DNA from: Laetmonice hystrix
Taxonomy: Eukaryota
Direction: 5' to 3'
Length of the DNA stretch: 64,000 nt
NCBI GenBank assembly: GCA_965235115.1
Contig: OZ249436.1
Coordinates: forward strand, 14,818,001 to 14,882,000
The stretch's first letter is position 1. Every line of letters begins with the position of its first letter. The notes beneath the pieces were generated by a model, which worked only from the letters and a program-made list of their open reading frames with translations, was not told the origin of the DNA and did no database searches. The position numbers and the translations under genes are program-made. Below are positions 14,377-27,610 of the stretch, piece after piece.

Positions 14377-16222
14377 ATGATGTGGGTTGTCTCTGGTATG
14401 ATTATCATGTTTTAGTGGGTATGGAGCAGGGGGATGACGCCTTGGTTTGTGGAGTATTGTAGGCGAGCGTCATCACAGGTGCACGTGGTGTAGTAAAGGA
14501 ACCAGCATGAGATGGCATCGCCTATCGCGGATGCTGTCAGCCAGCTACCTCTAACCTACGTGTGAGCAACGGAGTACAGCTGCCCGAGAAAAGGGCACCC
14601 TTTCATGGAGTAGCACGGTGACCGCCGCAACTGCTTACATGGGGGCCTTCAACCCAATGTTAAGTGCCCACATGATCCTTTTAGATACCGCTTTTTGTAA
14701 ATACTGCAGCTGTATGCCTCTGAGGCGGTTCAAAGATCTGAAGTACTATGTGAGTAATCTATAAAAATAATGTGAACCACTTACTTTAACTGCTAGCTGT
14801 TCCGATTTCAAAAATTCAGCATCTACAGAGAAGCGTTGTAAATTACGTTTATGTCGCAGAAAAAAAAACACAGTTGCTGTCTCCTCAGTACAATCATTGA
14901 CTTTAAACCCATGAATGCAAAACAGATGTTCAGAAGAAGTAGGTGACCTTATGGTCATTGTGATCAGGGTCTGGATGATCTGATTCCTCCTGTAGGCAGC
15001 CCCCACAGGAGTAAAGGGGAAAGGGGTCAGCGGGGTCAGGCTTGGCGTGTTGGTCTCCACCATGGCGCCCGTGGGCCAGCCGCCGGTAACATTTGGACAA
15101 AGGTCACCACCAGGTGCAAGTTGTACGTCTCCTAAACAACGGGTTGTTTAACTTTAGCAAGTCGTGTATGAGGTTCTGTTGGGAACCTTAAGGTGAGGTC
15201 AAGATCACATGTCGCGAGACGTGTTGGTGGCGAGGTTTCTTGTTCTAAGGTGCCCCGGAACATTACAACATAACCCCCCCCCCCTCCCCAATCTGTCCCA
15301 ACGGGACATCATCGTCGCACCGGTTCTCGATCAGATATGAGAGAATCAATCTGTTGTACGAGTGTTCGTATGATGGCATCCGATTGATTTTGGTCTCATT
15401 CCAGGTATCCAGATTCCTTTCACAGATTTAGAAAGAATTTTAACGGCAAACCGAGACATTTTCTGGACAATCAAAAGATGTGGTTATGATTATTGACTTG
15501 AATCCCGGATTTTATCATAATCTCCATGAAGTACCACAGTAGCTATCATTCTAATAGCTATTGAAGCCGCTCTACTCAAATGGATGGTAACATGAGCGTT
15601 GTATTATTTCTTGCTCATAATTCGTACTGAGAAATCGAATGAGGAAGATGAGGAATATTGAAGAGGAAATCCTGCTTATCACAACCTTGTTGATACAAAT
15701 AATTATTAGGCGTGTCCTGGTTTTATTAGATAGAATAGAAAAAAGATGTATAGGCTCTGTTTCTCTGAAAAGTTACTGCATTATTACAACAACCGTCATA
15801 ACAAACAAGCCAATAATTAGCACGGAATATGTGCCCAAAAAAGTTGTTCTATATACGATTGTTGTCACATGAATGTAATCCTTTAGGTCTGACTGGTTTG
15901 AATCGATGTATGTTTGAGTAGAAATACCTTTCAGCAGGATCTGGTACGGTTCGTATAATGATCGAATCGCACGCATCCCTTGTAACTTATTTACATCTAA
16001 AGTATAATTAACGAGGTCAATAACGATTGGTCAGGCTAATTATTCATCAGTACACTTTATACTGAGCAACCTTTTTAAACAGTGCTCTCTTCTTTGTGCA
16101 AATCTAATTCTTATAGATCCAGACATTTTAATCACTTTTGGGAACGGTCATACTTTATAAGATCGTATAGCAGTGGAAACATCTTGTCTTGCATACTAAC
16201 AGAGATTATTTCTCTTTTTCAG

Positions 16223-16319
16223 AGAAAAAGTAGAATCCTGCGAAAATTGGTCACAGAGTACAACACAACAAGTAGATTTAGCATTCAATATATTTTTTAT
16301 GATATATTTCTTCATACGG
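16223..16319 (+). CDS. slo1: Slo1 exon: S1-S2 loop and S2 (EKVESCENWSQSTTQQVDLAFNIFFMIYFFIR)
   Basis: tctttttcag acceptor, CGG|gtaagt donor, 97 nt (1+96); DLAFNIFFMIYFFIR is the Slo1 S2 helix. Confidence 0.96.
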
Positions 16320-18095
16320 GTAAGTTTCAGCACAGTTTGTGCTTTCAAACATAAGTTTACTCTCTGGTCAACCAACGGAATTTAAAATGTACGAAAGGTA
16401 CTTTCAACGGATGTCATCTGTGCATATTTTTCAAGTCCTACTGACCAGTGCCACCAGTCACGAGACAGTAAACTTAATGTTTGGTGGTTCTTTCAATTAC
16501 AATAACATTGACATGGCACCTCTTTGTTCAGTGCTCACAACCTTTTTCACACCGTTTACTTTTATAATGCCATTTCTTTGTTCTTGCCACTTTAAAATAC
16601 CTGGTCATCTGCTTAGGCATGTTTCACCATGTTAGTGCTGCACTTTTAAAAATCCACACAGTATTATTTTATGTAGACAAGCTAGGCGTGGAAGCCAGAT
16701 ATCTCTGTTTAATGTCTACAACGATAATTTTCACCCATATATTAATCATCCTTTACAGTGAGGCATGAGAACTTGGACCATGGGATTTCCCACTCTTTCC
16801 CTTTTTGTGTTGATATCTTAGAAACTTTATTGCATTACACTACTCTACATCATTAGTGCTTTGACAGTTACAGTGATCAGACTTCAGCAGATCTAGTACC
16901 GCTATAATTAGAGCCAGTTTAATGAGCTACCATGATGTCGTTGATGTGATGAAACTGATAGATGACTTGCAAGAAATGAGAAGAAAACAATGCTGCTTTT
17001 CATGGTTTTGACAGTGCGTGTTATGTAAATAGCAACCTGTAACTGCGGTGTTGCTATGAAATTCACACGTAAACAAAACATAGGAGTCAGGTGACAGCAA
17101 TTAAAGCAATCCGGTCCATAGCCACAGTTGCTGTCTAATCTCAGCTGTCAGAGATTGGCTCTTGGTGCAATAACTCTTTAAGATTTTGACAATATAATCA
17201 ACTGTATTGTTCTAATAATTAGGAGTGCATTTCACGCAGAACGTGGTTCTCAAAGTAGCAGATAAAAAGTTATATGAAGTGAAAAGTAATATTCTTGATG
17301 AAAAGAATGTTTGATTCCCGAATTTAGACTATATGTGAAGTCTGCTTAATGATTAATCTTGTCTCAGACTGTCCGAGAGGACCAGTTTACAGCAAGCTAT
17401 AAATCACTTGGTTATACATTCCCTGTTGATTTATTCGGATGCTACGAAATGGTCCTTTTTCAAATCTTTACGGATTATGAAAGAAAACCACAAAACCGTC
17501 CCAAATAAAGAAACAAAGTCTATAAATTCATAACCTCTCTGAATCACGTATATCACAGCGGTGTTAAGGTGCATTACTCTGCAAATATTTCTTGACTTAT
17601 GACGTATTCTCTAGACTTTTTAGACCTTAAAGGTGCGTTCTTATATCTTGTATCCTGGTCCATTTTACTAGCAAGTCTAGAATTCTTTACCATATATCAG
17701 TAGAAATAATCAGTTTTTTGGGGGATCAATTTTCTAGACGAGTTCAACCTAAGTAGCATGAGTTGATGGATGGAAATCGGCAGATAGATAGAAAAAAAAG
17801 AAAGGCGTTTTATATCTTGAAATTGAATTATTGATAGCCATCAACGGCTTTAGGTAATTGGTCGAACCTACGTTACTCAAACAATCTTTCAGAGATTACG
17901 ATATTTCTCATACCGTGTAACACTGCAGCACGTCTTTGTGTGCCAGATATCTGCTAATATTCCTCTGTCCCAATAAATTACTTCTAAATAAAACCGTTCT
18001 ACCACATTGCGATGCTAAGTGGTTTGGCAGTAAATTATGTCTGAACTATGTTTTTCCCTTTACCTGTACTAAGGTCTGTATGTCTGAAATTTCAG

Positions 18096-18207
18096 TTTGT
18101 TGCTGCACCAGACAAACTATGGTTTCTTGTGGAAATCTACTCCTTTGTGGACTACTTTACCATACCACCTTCATTTGTTGCCATATATCTAAACAGAAAC
18201 TGGCTAG
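18096..18207 (+). CDS. slo1: Slo1 exon: S2-S3 loop and S3 ([37 protein letters not shown])
   Basis: atttcag acceptor, CTAG|gtaagt donor, 112 nt; VDYFTIPP S3 motif. Confidence 0.97.
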
Positions 18208-19540
18208 GTAAGTGATTCTTTATGTTAATATACATAGCCGCTAATGGTGCCTCAAAGGTTTTCCCAGATCTAACAGATTGAATTATATCAGAATATCATG
18301 TGCAAGACGTCAGTAGATAACAGGTTCAACACAACTGGGACTTTATTCATAGCCCTCGCATAACGGCAACGTTTTTGTGTTCTTTATAATATCGTGAATG
18401 TGTCTTTCTAAATTACGGGTAACATATAAAATGCATAGAAAAAAGTGAAAGAGATACAGAGGATGATGAGACACTTCGACACGGTGGAAACAGATAAGTG
18501 AAAGGGAAAAAAAGAAGAGGTGTATGACGACCGACTAGATGTGTAATTTGTTTAACAAATCGTATGTTACAAGTGAGCAGCCATGTTTCATGTACTGGTA
18601 GTGAACTTCCACTGCACGACCCCTCAAGTCATGTCTTGTACTATGTACGGGGCACTTCACAAAGGGCAGCGGTTTCACAAGATAAGGTCATCCATTGAGT
18701 TAGAAGCTGCCTGATAGCAGATGTTGGGGTTAACCTGTTACTACTACACACTACATCCCATCTGGCCCAGGGACACACCCCTACAACCTCCAATCGCCCA
18801 CTCTCAGACCCCGAGTTGCAGTCCAATTCAGACCGGCGAAATCTGAAGGGTAGGCTCGCGGGTCGAGATGTAGGGTCGAGCGACGGTTACACTGTGGGTA
18901 ATATAACAGGGCTCCAATATTTCGTGGAAAGGATTCATTTTTAAGTAAGCTCACTAGCGTGATTTGTGGAAATATTGGGTAATTTGGAGGAAGGTCCCAT
19001 GAAATCGGATCATTGGCAGTTCAACCAAAATAAATTTCCAAACCCTAGAAAACATGATTTTACATGGGGATAAATGCGATGTTGAAGCACTTTCCGTCGC
19101 CATCACTACCTTCAGCCACATATGGTCACTCTGGTCGTTCGTCATATTCATATCCTTGGCTTGGAGAACTGCACAAATACGGAGGGTTCACCATCGGTGA
19201 ATCAGTTTTCTAAGAAATGATCGATGATGTTTGATTCATTATTGATAAAGCGGGGTATGATACTGTTTTCATTGCACCAGGATGACATGTGCTAAGATTG
19301 ATATGCAGAATCCTTTGTTTAGTTTTGAAGTTTGTATAGAAAATCGATGCCAAGAAACTGCACAGTGTAGGTCCCAAGATCCACAAAATGTGTCGACGAA
19401 TAAATTAATGTCAAATGATAGTTTACCCGTTGTCATTAAAAATGTAACGAATGTGTCTTCACCTGCTGTGATGGCATCATGTTTTCTTCCTATTTCTCAT
19501 TCTGTCAGGCGTTCAATAAGACTGTTTGTCTTTGTGCCAG

Positions 19541-19692
19541 GTCTGCGGTTTACCCGAGTGTTGCGACTGATGACCGTGCCAGACGTGTTACAATACTTAA
19601 ATGTGCTGAAGACGAGTAACAGCATCCGTTTGTGTCAGCTCGTATCGACTCTCATCAGTATATGGTTCACGGCGGCTGGCTTTATTCACCTG
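19541..19692 (+). CDS. slo1: Slo1 exon: S4 voltage sensor and S5 ([51 protein letters not shown])
   Basis: tttgtgccag acceptor, CTG|gtgagt donor, 152 nt; lies within ORF 19282-19755. Confidence 0.97.
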
Positions 19693-19955
19693 GTGAGTTG
19701 GCAGCACGGCAGGCGGCGGACACTCCGCCTCCTCCCCGCCGGACAGACGGGGTGAGGAGGCGGGCGGACGGCAGGAGAATATGCAATCAATCTGACCGTC
19801 TCACCAGTCACGACGGGTGTATGGAGGACAGGTAGAGAGAGAGAGAGGTGAAGAGGCCATGGATGGGGCGGTAAAGTGGGGCCGGTCACGCCGAGGTTAG
19901 GGGCCCTTATGTAATTGAAGGAAGGGGGTTTTATTGGTCGACCCTGTTATGTAAC

Positions 19956-20108
19956 CAGTGATGGATCCAGGGGGGGTGGGGGGGGGGGGGTGGTTAACCC
20001 CCTTGGCAACCGATTTTGTTTTCCCCATAGAACTTTATGAATTGACCATGCTTAACCCACCCCCATTCTCCCACCCCTTACCTTACCAAAATCCTGGATC
20101 CGCCCCTG
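19956..20108. mobile_element. CAG-ended MITE with 5-bp TSD (GTAAC)
   Basis: CAGTGATGGATCCAGG ... CCTGGATCCGCCCCTG, with GTAAC on both flanks (19951-19955, 20109-20113). Confidence 0.7.
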
Positions 20109-20328
20109 GTAACTGACAGAAACGTTTTTCAGATAAACCCCGTTATAAATGAGGAGATGGTGTACATATCGGTTGGATGTCAGAGGCCCGTCTCACTGGT
20201 TAATAACCAGATCGTTACATTAACATAACAGTGAATGGAAGGTTGCTGGTTACAGCCACCATTCACTGCTATGTTAAATTATGTTAAAAATGCTGGTTAT
20301 TTACCAGCCTTACAGTGAGGCGGGCCCA

Positions 20329-20434
20329 TGGCCTCCCCTGGGACACTATAGGATAACGGTTAGTAAGTCTGGTGTCCCCTGGGACACTAGGATAACGGTT
20401 ACTAACCATTATCCTAGTGTCCCAGGGGAGGCCA
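20329..20434. repeat. palindromic fold-back element with a partially duplicated left arm
   Basis: TGGCCTCCCCTGGGACACTA(TA)GGATAACGGT present twice, then the inverted ACCATTATCCTAGTGTCCCAGGGGAGGCCA. Confidence 0.85.
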
Positions 20435-22024
20435 GAGGATAAAAGGCCATATGAATACACTTCAGCAGTGTTCAAACATATGGTACAAGAATAGGAGTGC
20501 TTCATTACACGTGAAAACGGAAAGTAAGGCGTGCTATACCTATGGCAGAAGGTGGGGATCGAATAAATCCATAGGAGGGGCCCATCTCACCCGTATCGTT
20601 GTTAACAGGTACCCAAAGTGACTACTGACTCTAACTTGTAACTCTTGTAACTCTAACGATACGATCGTGTAGTTAGGAACAAAATAATCTTGTTTTGACC
20701 AGATAGTGGCAGATGATGTTTATTTATTGTATTTGAGATGTAGCTCTCATCTATTCTCTATCTGCTTTACCTTTGCATCCTAAAGTGATACCTTACCAGT
20801 AGTTTCTTATATTTCGTAAATGTGTTGATTCCCTTGGTTATTAGATGACCTTCCTTTTAATGCTTTCTTCTAGTCAATCTGACTTTTAAATCCTGTACTA
20901 ACTGCTATTAATAGTTAGACATTCTCCGTACTTCAAGAGAATACAAATGTTTTGAAATGATTTGAGATTCATGCCGTTTCTGCAAACAATCGGTTTTCAG
21001 TTTTTAAAAAACCAACAACATTTAATGTACTTAAAGTGCAAAAACAGAACACGTAGGATGTCAGGAAACACTCCCTCGGAAATTTAGTACATTTCGTGTA
21101 GAATTATTTTGAATATTTCCCTGCCTTTTTCATATCCCCATTTCTTGTTTGGTTGAACTTGAGAATGTTAGAATTCTGTCAGTGCATATTTAGTCCAGTG
21201 ATGCCCCGTTCAGTTTTCGGTCAGTATGTTTGGCACAGTGCGCTTATAGATCGATGTCCCTCCACTCCTGTCCAATCTCCATGTGGACCTTTGGTTCTAC
21301 GATTGACCTTTGACCGTCGTGGCCAGTCTGAACCGTGACCTCTGCTCTCAGATTGGTATCATATTCTGTCTGACTCGTGCCGTGTTCTCCGTCTGCTTGC
21401 CCAAGTCTCCAGGTGCACAAAGCCAGCTGTTGCACGAGATATCATTTGAGCCAACCGGTAAAAAAGGTCGCTAGGTAGTGTCCGGCTCGGGGAGGCTCAA
21501 CACTTGTGACCAGGTGTTACAGCATACTGACACTGTATGACGCATTATGGACACAAGATGAGGCTCCACCGCTGGGCAAAACAATCGGGGACCGGCAACT
21601 GAAGCCGTTTCTTGATTAAAAAAACAATGATTTCAAGGATTGTGTAGAGATGTAGTAACATACAATAATGACCAATTATTTTTTACACATTTTTCCAATA
21701 AGTGATAACTTGATATACTGAAAGTAATAGGATAAACAGATACCTGTGCTCTGATGCATCAGCAACAGGAGCAGTTGCATACACTCCTAAGTGGTAGATT
21801 CAGTTTGATAGTGTAGTTGTGTCAAGAAACAGCTTGTAATCTCTATTGTGACCCATGGTGACGTGAACTTGGCGATTGCAGTATCATAAGATATAATGCG
21901 TGCAGTGTTATAACAGAATGACCTTCACTTTGCGAATAAGAAAAAAAAATAGGCACCCATAATGAATGTATGGGTGACGGGTTCTATGCAGATATATGAA
22001 ATATATGTGAATTTTACTACACAG

Positions 22025-22195
22025 GTTGAAAACTCGGGAGATCCATTCTTCAGCTTTACAAATGCACAGCCGCTTACGTACTGGGAATGTGTGTATTTCA
22101 TGCTTGTTACCATGTCCACCGTTGGGTTTGGTGACATATACTGTAAGACAGTCCTTGGCCGTCTCTTCATGGTCTTCTTCATCCTTGGTGCCTTG
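22025..22195 (+). CDS. slo1: Slo1 exon: turret, pore helix, selectivity filter TVGFGD, start of S6
   Basis: acacag acceptor, TTG|gtgagt donor, 171 nt; VENSGDP...[39 protein letters not shown]. Confidence 0.98.
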
Positions 22196-23316
22196 GTGAG
22201 TACAAAAGGCCAGGCCTGTCTTCGATGACGGGTCGAGTCATTTCATTGTCCCTTTAATACTTCGTCAGGCCTACTCAACTGTTCCGTTTCACCCCAAATA
22301 CCTGTTGTTCAGTATGACAAGGTACATTGTCCGTTTTCGCCTACTATAGCCGGTAACTTTAGACGTCACATATGCTGTCTGTGTCTGTGAAATGCGAATC
22401 GTCAGTTGGTAATATTATTTACACTCTGGTAGAGCCGGAGTGAGAACATACATGTAAATACATGAAAGACCAAACTTAGACTTAAGACTTCGTTTTGGCA
22501 ATGATTTGTGTGAGCTACTAAGCCGTCATATTAACTGCAAGAATCCTGATAGACATCTAATCCACTGTCCTTCACAACCACTCCAATACATTCATGTTAT
22601 CGCGTAGGATATTGATCCAGCTATCCACCTGTCCATTTAGATTTTTACATAAAGTAGATTCATGCAGGAATAAATAATTGAAATTTGTCCAAACAAGACT
22701 TCCTTTCTGTGGTTTATTCATTTGGCAGGGTTAATGAATAATAAATATTGTTTTCGCGAGGCATGTCTCTGCCGTTTGTTATAGTCAACATAACAAGGCT
22801 CAGTACATGGTAACCTTACAAAATATTTCACAGTCATTGTTATTCTTGTCTCAATACAAGATCTGTTGTTCAGGTTAAATATTTCAGTCGGGAAACATTT
22901 GAATGTTTATTTGCACGGATAGTAGTGAAGGTTTTTGATGATTGCAGTCGCTTGTTTGAAGCATATTGATCATTCAAGGCGGTAGTCCCAATGGAAACCT
23001 TTACGTATCGCGACTTTAAACTGACTGAGGCTTCTGTCAGCCTGCACCTTTTATACATCTGATATACCTGATCGATATTTAATAAAGTCAAGCACTTTAT
23101 AAAGTTGAAGCAGTTTTCGACATTTTGACAGGTACAAGTTTTATTGATTGAATGTCGCTTCCTTTGCTTACTGTAACTGCTATGTAATGTTCATACAGGT
23201 ATGAAGCGGGCATCAGTTAGGCGAGTCCTCGCTGTAGACATACACATCGGTAAACATGTGCAATACACGCGTAACATCCTTTTTTATGACTGATGAAAAC
23301 GTGTGTCATGTTGCAG

Positions 23317-23408
23317 GCCATGTTTGCTAGCTTTGTCCCTGAGATTGTAGACATTCTTGGAACACGGAGTAAATATGGAGGCTCTTATAAAAAAGAACAT
23401 GGGAAAAG
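23317..23408 (+). CDS. slo1: Slo1 exon: distal S6 and C-linker ([31 protein letters not shown])
   Basis: ttgcag acceptor, AG|gtaagt donor, 92 nt. Missed by the ORF track. Confidence 0.97.
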
Positions 23409-25244
23409 GTAAGTTTTTAGCACTCATTGTCGTTTTATGGGGGGGAATTTACCACAAAAGAAAATATAAGCACATAAATACTGTATATTGTATTTCCCGG
23501 TATTTCATTCGTTATTCCTGACCATCGAATATCCCAGGTATTATTAAGACACCTAAATACAATAAACTAATGATCAAACATATTATCAGCATTTTTCATC
23601 ACGCATTGCGTATATTATCAAGTGAAGATTATACTTGTCTGGTCGGACAAAACGGAGGCAGAGGCAGTTCGTAAACAGTTTATAATGAAGGAGCAAGTGG
23701 TGGCAACCTGTGAGATGTAGACTTGTACATGGTTCGCGCAGGTCCCTTCACTGCTTGCAATTTTGTGAAGCAGTTTTCTATGACTTATATATCTTGACAG
23801 TGTGGTCTTTGTAAGAAAAGACTTTGAAAAATGATTGTGTCACATTCCTTGGTCCAAGGACAACCAGATTCCGTACTATTTCGGGAACCAAATTAAAGTT
23901 GAATCTGTCGTAATGATAGGCCATCGCCTATCATTACGACCTTCTGGCCACAGAGACGAGTTTATGCATAATCCAACCTGTCCGGCCAGCCGGTCCCCTA
24001 CGTACCCTAATCCTCAATTTGTCCGGATTAAGGCCTTTAATGTCGATCTGACGCTGATGCGGTGATTTAGGTTCAAATATGGTTCCTGTGGATGGAATCT
24101 GCCCAAAGGTCGCTTCACGTTTACTATTCTCAAAGAATTGTGGAAATACGCGAAGAACCGAAAGGTGGCAGTGTGAGTGAGACCTCACAAGTCAGATGAC
24201 ATAATATTGGTATGCTTGTCCCTCAATTGTCATAGTTGCTGTCTATTTTTTGCCGACCTTTACCATTTGGCTCTGTCTTTACTTACCTTTTCGCAAGTAT
24301 TAGTGGAAAACTTGTTGGTCCTTGCAGGTCATACTTGCAGGTCATCCATGAGCTCAGCCCATGGATGACCTAATGCAGTATCGAGTGGTCAATGCGAGGT
24401 TTGGTTTCACTTGACACACATGTCTCTGTAATGGAGTGACGATATCACTTGAACTGCTGTTCTCAGTTTAAATTGTCTTTTATCCTTTCGGTACCTGTAG
24501 TACAATCTGTTATAGTAACCTTAAACAAAACTCGCACACAACTCAGATTGGAGCACACAATCTATATGTTATAACTACTCGGGTTGAAGGAAAGCTGATC
24601 CAGGCTAACTCGAACTGATCTGACTCTACCAATTAAGATCTATGTGTACAATTTCCGTCAGTTAAAATCACTAATTAGGGACCAGGGAAACCATAGCAAT
24701 ATCCATAATGTAAATAAATTATACTGCTTAGTGCTAAGTAACGTATGAGAATTGGAAAAGCAAACACAGAGATAGAATACGGAAACAAGGTGGAAGACGA
24801 TGTATTGCTACGTTTAGGAATATATTTATATAGGCAACCGTAAAAATTTGGAATTGAAGCTTCAGAGGATTGGCGACTTGGTGGTTGGACCAGGGTAAGA
24901 AACCGATGGCCGTAAATAAAGAAGTACCTGATGAGTACATCACCTCTGAGCAGATCATGTGTTGGTGTCCAGAAATAAATGTCGCCATGGCTTATAGATA
25001 TAACCAGGTAGCTGGTCTATATGAGTCTGGCGTGGTCATACTAGCGGTGGTACTTGTGGATCCAACAACAAGCCATCGTACTCCAACAAAGCTTTATAAC
25101 GTTGTCCTGTACCGTTCCGAACCAGAACGCGAAAACTAGTACGGTAATTGATGGTTTATGAGGCATTACCCAAGGTTTCTCAAAATTAGCTGCGGGTTTA
25201 GTATATTTGTAAGTGTCCTGTAAGTTGCACCTCTTGATTGAGTG

Positions 25245-25495
25245 TTTATTAACCCCAACCCAAAGGGGCAGGGACTTCTAATTCGACCTCCGTACGTCCG
25301 TCCGTCCATCTCTACGTACGTCCGCACGTGTAGCGACCTGTTGCATCATCCGTATTCCGTATGGGTGTACCATATCAACATTAAAAGGACATGGTTATTT
25401 ATGGCCATTCTCGGGGACCGAACAATTCTGCATGCACCACTTTTGGAGTCGCAAGTCAAATTATAAATTGACTATAGAAATGGCCTACTAAAGAA
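25245..25495 (+). mobile_element. HINE/DINE-1-like (Helentron-associated) element fragment
   Basis: TTTATTAACCCC start followed by a (GTCC)n-type microsatellite, the layout of DINE-1/HINE elements; 3' end not defined. Confidence 0.4.
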
Positions 25496-26022
25496 TACCC
25501 CAAGTGCACAGGACTTTGGTCGAGAATTGCGTGTGTGCTGTAGATGAGCCTACATCGCCAGAACTTAGATCTGATACTTCATAGACATTTATTGATCATG
25601 TCCGCCATACTACCGCATTAGGCGTGATTGGAAGGCTCTAGTAGCACTTAAATGATGCCAGCTGATCGAAGCAACTACAACAGTGTTTTTATTGGTGGGC
25701 ACAAATCTGTCAGAACCATGAGATCGACTTGGATGAATTGCTGTCAAAAGATGAAGTATACTTGTTACGGTGAGACTCATTGCGAGTACAGCTAGAGCTT
25801 GCCCTTTATCTAGTCATATATCGGCGGGTAAACTGTCACCAGGAGCACGGACAGCGTCCACTCATTGCTTCTCTAGATTACATTAGATACGAAGTCGATA
25901 GGAGGAGGGGGCAAGCTCGGAGTGTTTTATTGGGCCATTCCTTTATACTTGTATATTAATCTTGACGGTAGCGGACATGCAGACCTTCAAAGTAGGTTCT
26001 ACACATGGCTGCATTACGAATT

Positions 26023-26353
26023 CAGGGTGACCACAGCACAGGGAAAACAGGAAAAATGATTAAAAATAAAAACACAGGGAATTTGGAAAAATCCCCAAAA
26101 CACAGGGAAAACACAGGGGAACAAATTTTGACAGCCAAGGATAATAAGTAGGCGAAAGAAAGAAAGTCAGTAAAAAGGCAGCATTGTTGAATATGGATAT
26201 TTATTTGAAGGGGGAAGAAGAAGGCTTTGGTTGAGGGCGTAAACAAAACCACCATAAGTGGCTTCCCATATGTGGAGCACACAAGCTAGGGAAAATATAA
26301 TGTGGGACGAAAAACGCAGGGAATTTGAAACGGAAATTTGTGTTGTCACCCTG
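26023..26353. mobile_element. CAG-ended MITE with 5-bp TSD (GAATT)
   Basis: CAGGGTGACCAC ... GTTGTCACCCTG TIRs; GAATT at 26018-26022 and 26354-26358; internal ACAGGGAA repeats. Confidence 0.8.
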
Positions 26354-27205
26354 GAATTGTATAACGTGCAAAATGTTAACACGGGTGCTAGCAGTAACAC
26401 GGGTGGTGCTGGTCTATCAGCGATTTAAGATTACAAGTTCATAAATTCAAGTTTCTGAAGAGCAGATATGCTGGAGAGATAGTATAGAATAGTTTGAGTG
26501 ACAAGTCGTCAATTAATACTGTAAATAAGTCGCAGATGTAGTAACACGGATGTAGTAACCCATGCAGTACAACTAACACTTCACCAGGTGGTATTACATG
26601 GTGTCATAGAGGCCGCAGGAAAACGTCTCATACACATCTTTGTAATCCGTAATCCGCACGTTTTGGGGGCAATCAGGCGCCATGCACCTGTCGTATTTAT
26701 CTGAACTCCTCATACAATGAAAGAATCATTATTACAGGATTATGACATTGGCCCAGGGGATATTTGGTAGAGGACGATTTTGTTGTTCTTTGGGATGCAA
26801 TTTGGGCGTGCCACAGTACATTACAGGGTAGATCTTCAAATTCCCCGGTATGAAGGCTGTGGGTACACCCACAGCACCTGTAATAGGCCGGGGGGGGGGG
26901 GGGGTGTCCTCCCCTAGATGGTTGTGATCTAGTTTTGCCCAAGGTGCCTAACTGGTTTTGCAACATGCAGTTGGTGTAGCCCAAGGTTGTTTCTGTTCCC
27001 TAGTCAAGGCTACAAGAGTTATTAGACTGGGAGAGATATGGAGACGGGTGTTCAGTGGCGCACTAATGACATGTATTTGATCATCGTATCTACCGGTATT
27101 CATTGTGGAATTTTCTATGTTCTACCGGTATGCCAGTGTATGACAGGTATTCATTGTGGAATTGTCTATGTTGCTTAACGTTGCCACTATTTTATAATTT
27201 TTCAG

Positions 27206-27316
27206 ACATATTGTTCTCTGTGGGCACATAACATATGAGTCAGTTTCCAACTTTATGTCCGACTTTCTACACAAAGACAGAGAGGATGTTGATGTGGAGT
27301 TAGTTATTATGAACAG
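27206..27316 (+). CDS. slo1: Slo1 exon: start of RCK1 ([36 protein letters not shown])
   Basis: tttttcag acceptor, AG|gtacgt donor, 111 nt; HKDRED RCK1 Ca2+-site motif. Confidence 0.97.
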
Positions 27317-27504
27317 GTACGTATCGAAACACTTTTCCGTGATTGTGATTGGTCGGTTCCCCATCACGTGATTACGAATAACAATCGTATTTGGGTGAAT
27401 CCCATCAGATATTAGTCAGAGTGGTCACAGTTTATTCCACTTTCCACTCAAAGCACTCGTTTTTTTATCACGCTAATTATGGCTTTATCTTTTTGATGTT
27501 ACAG

Positions 27505-27610
27505 GAAGGAGCCTGATCTAGAACTTGAAGGGTTATTCAAGCGCCATTTTACGCAGGTAGAGTTCTTCCAAGGCACAGTCATGGATGCCAACGACCTGGA
27601 CAGAGTCAAT
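27505..27610 (+). CDS. slo1: Slo1 exon: RCK1 ([35 protein letters not shown])
   Basis: gttacag acceptor, AAT|gtaagt donor, 106 nt. Confidence 0.97.

Noticed and set aside
11700-16150. Several decayed retroelement-like stretches (11.7-12.3, 13.4-13.9, 15.3-16.1 kb)
   Set aside because: No recognisable RT, endonuclease or integrase motif in my manual translations.
1-16222. S0/S1 exons of Slo1 (expected VVLVFxLSIxxLxIYFIDxS-like)
   Set aside because: A manual scan found no matching AG/GT-bounded segment; they are probably upstream of the window, though I could have missed a divergent exon.
22118-22135. TVGFGD instead of TVGYGD selectivity filter as a novelty
   Set aside because: GFG filters occur in other Slo-family channels and remain K+-selective; not unusual on its own.
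22196-27205. Mutually exclusive duplicate of the 92-nt S6/C-linker exon (as in vertebrate e9/e9alt or Drosophila site A)
   Set aside because: No second homologous copy was seen in either flanking intron.
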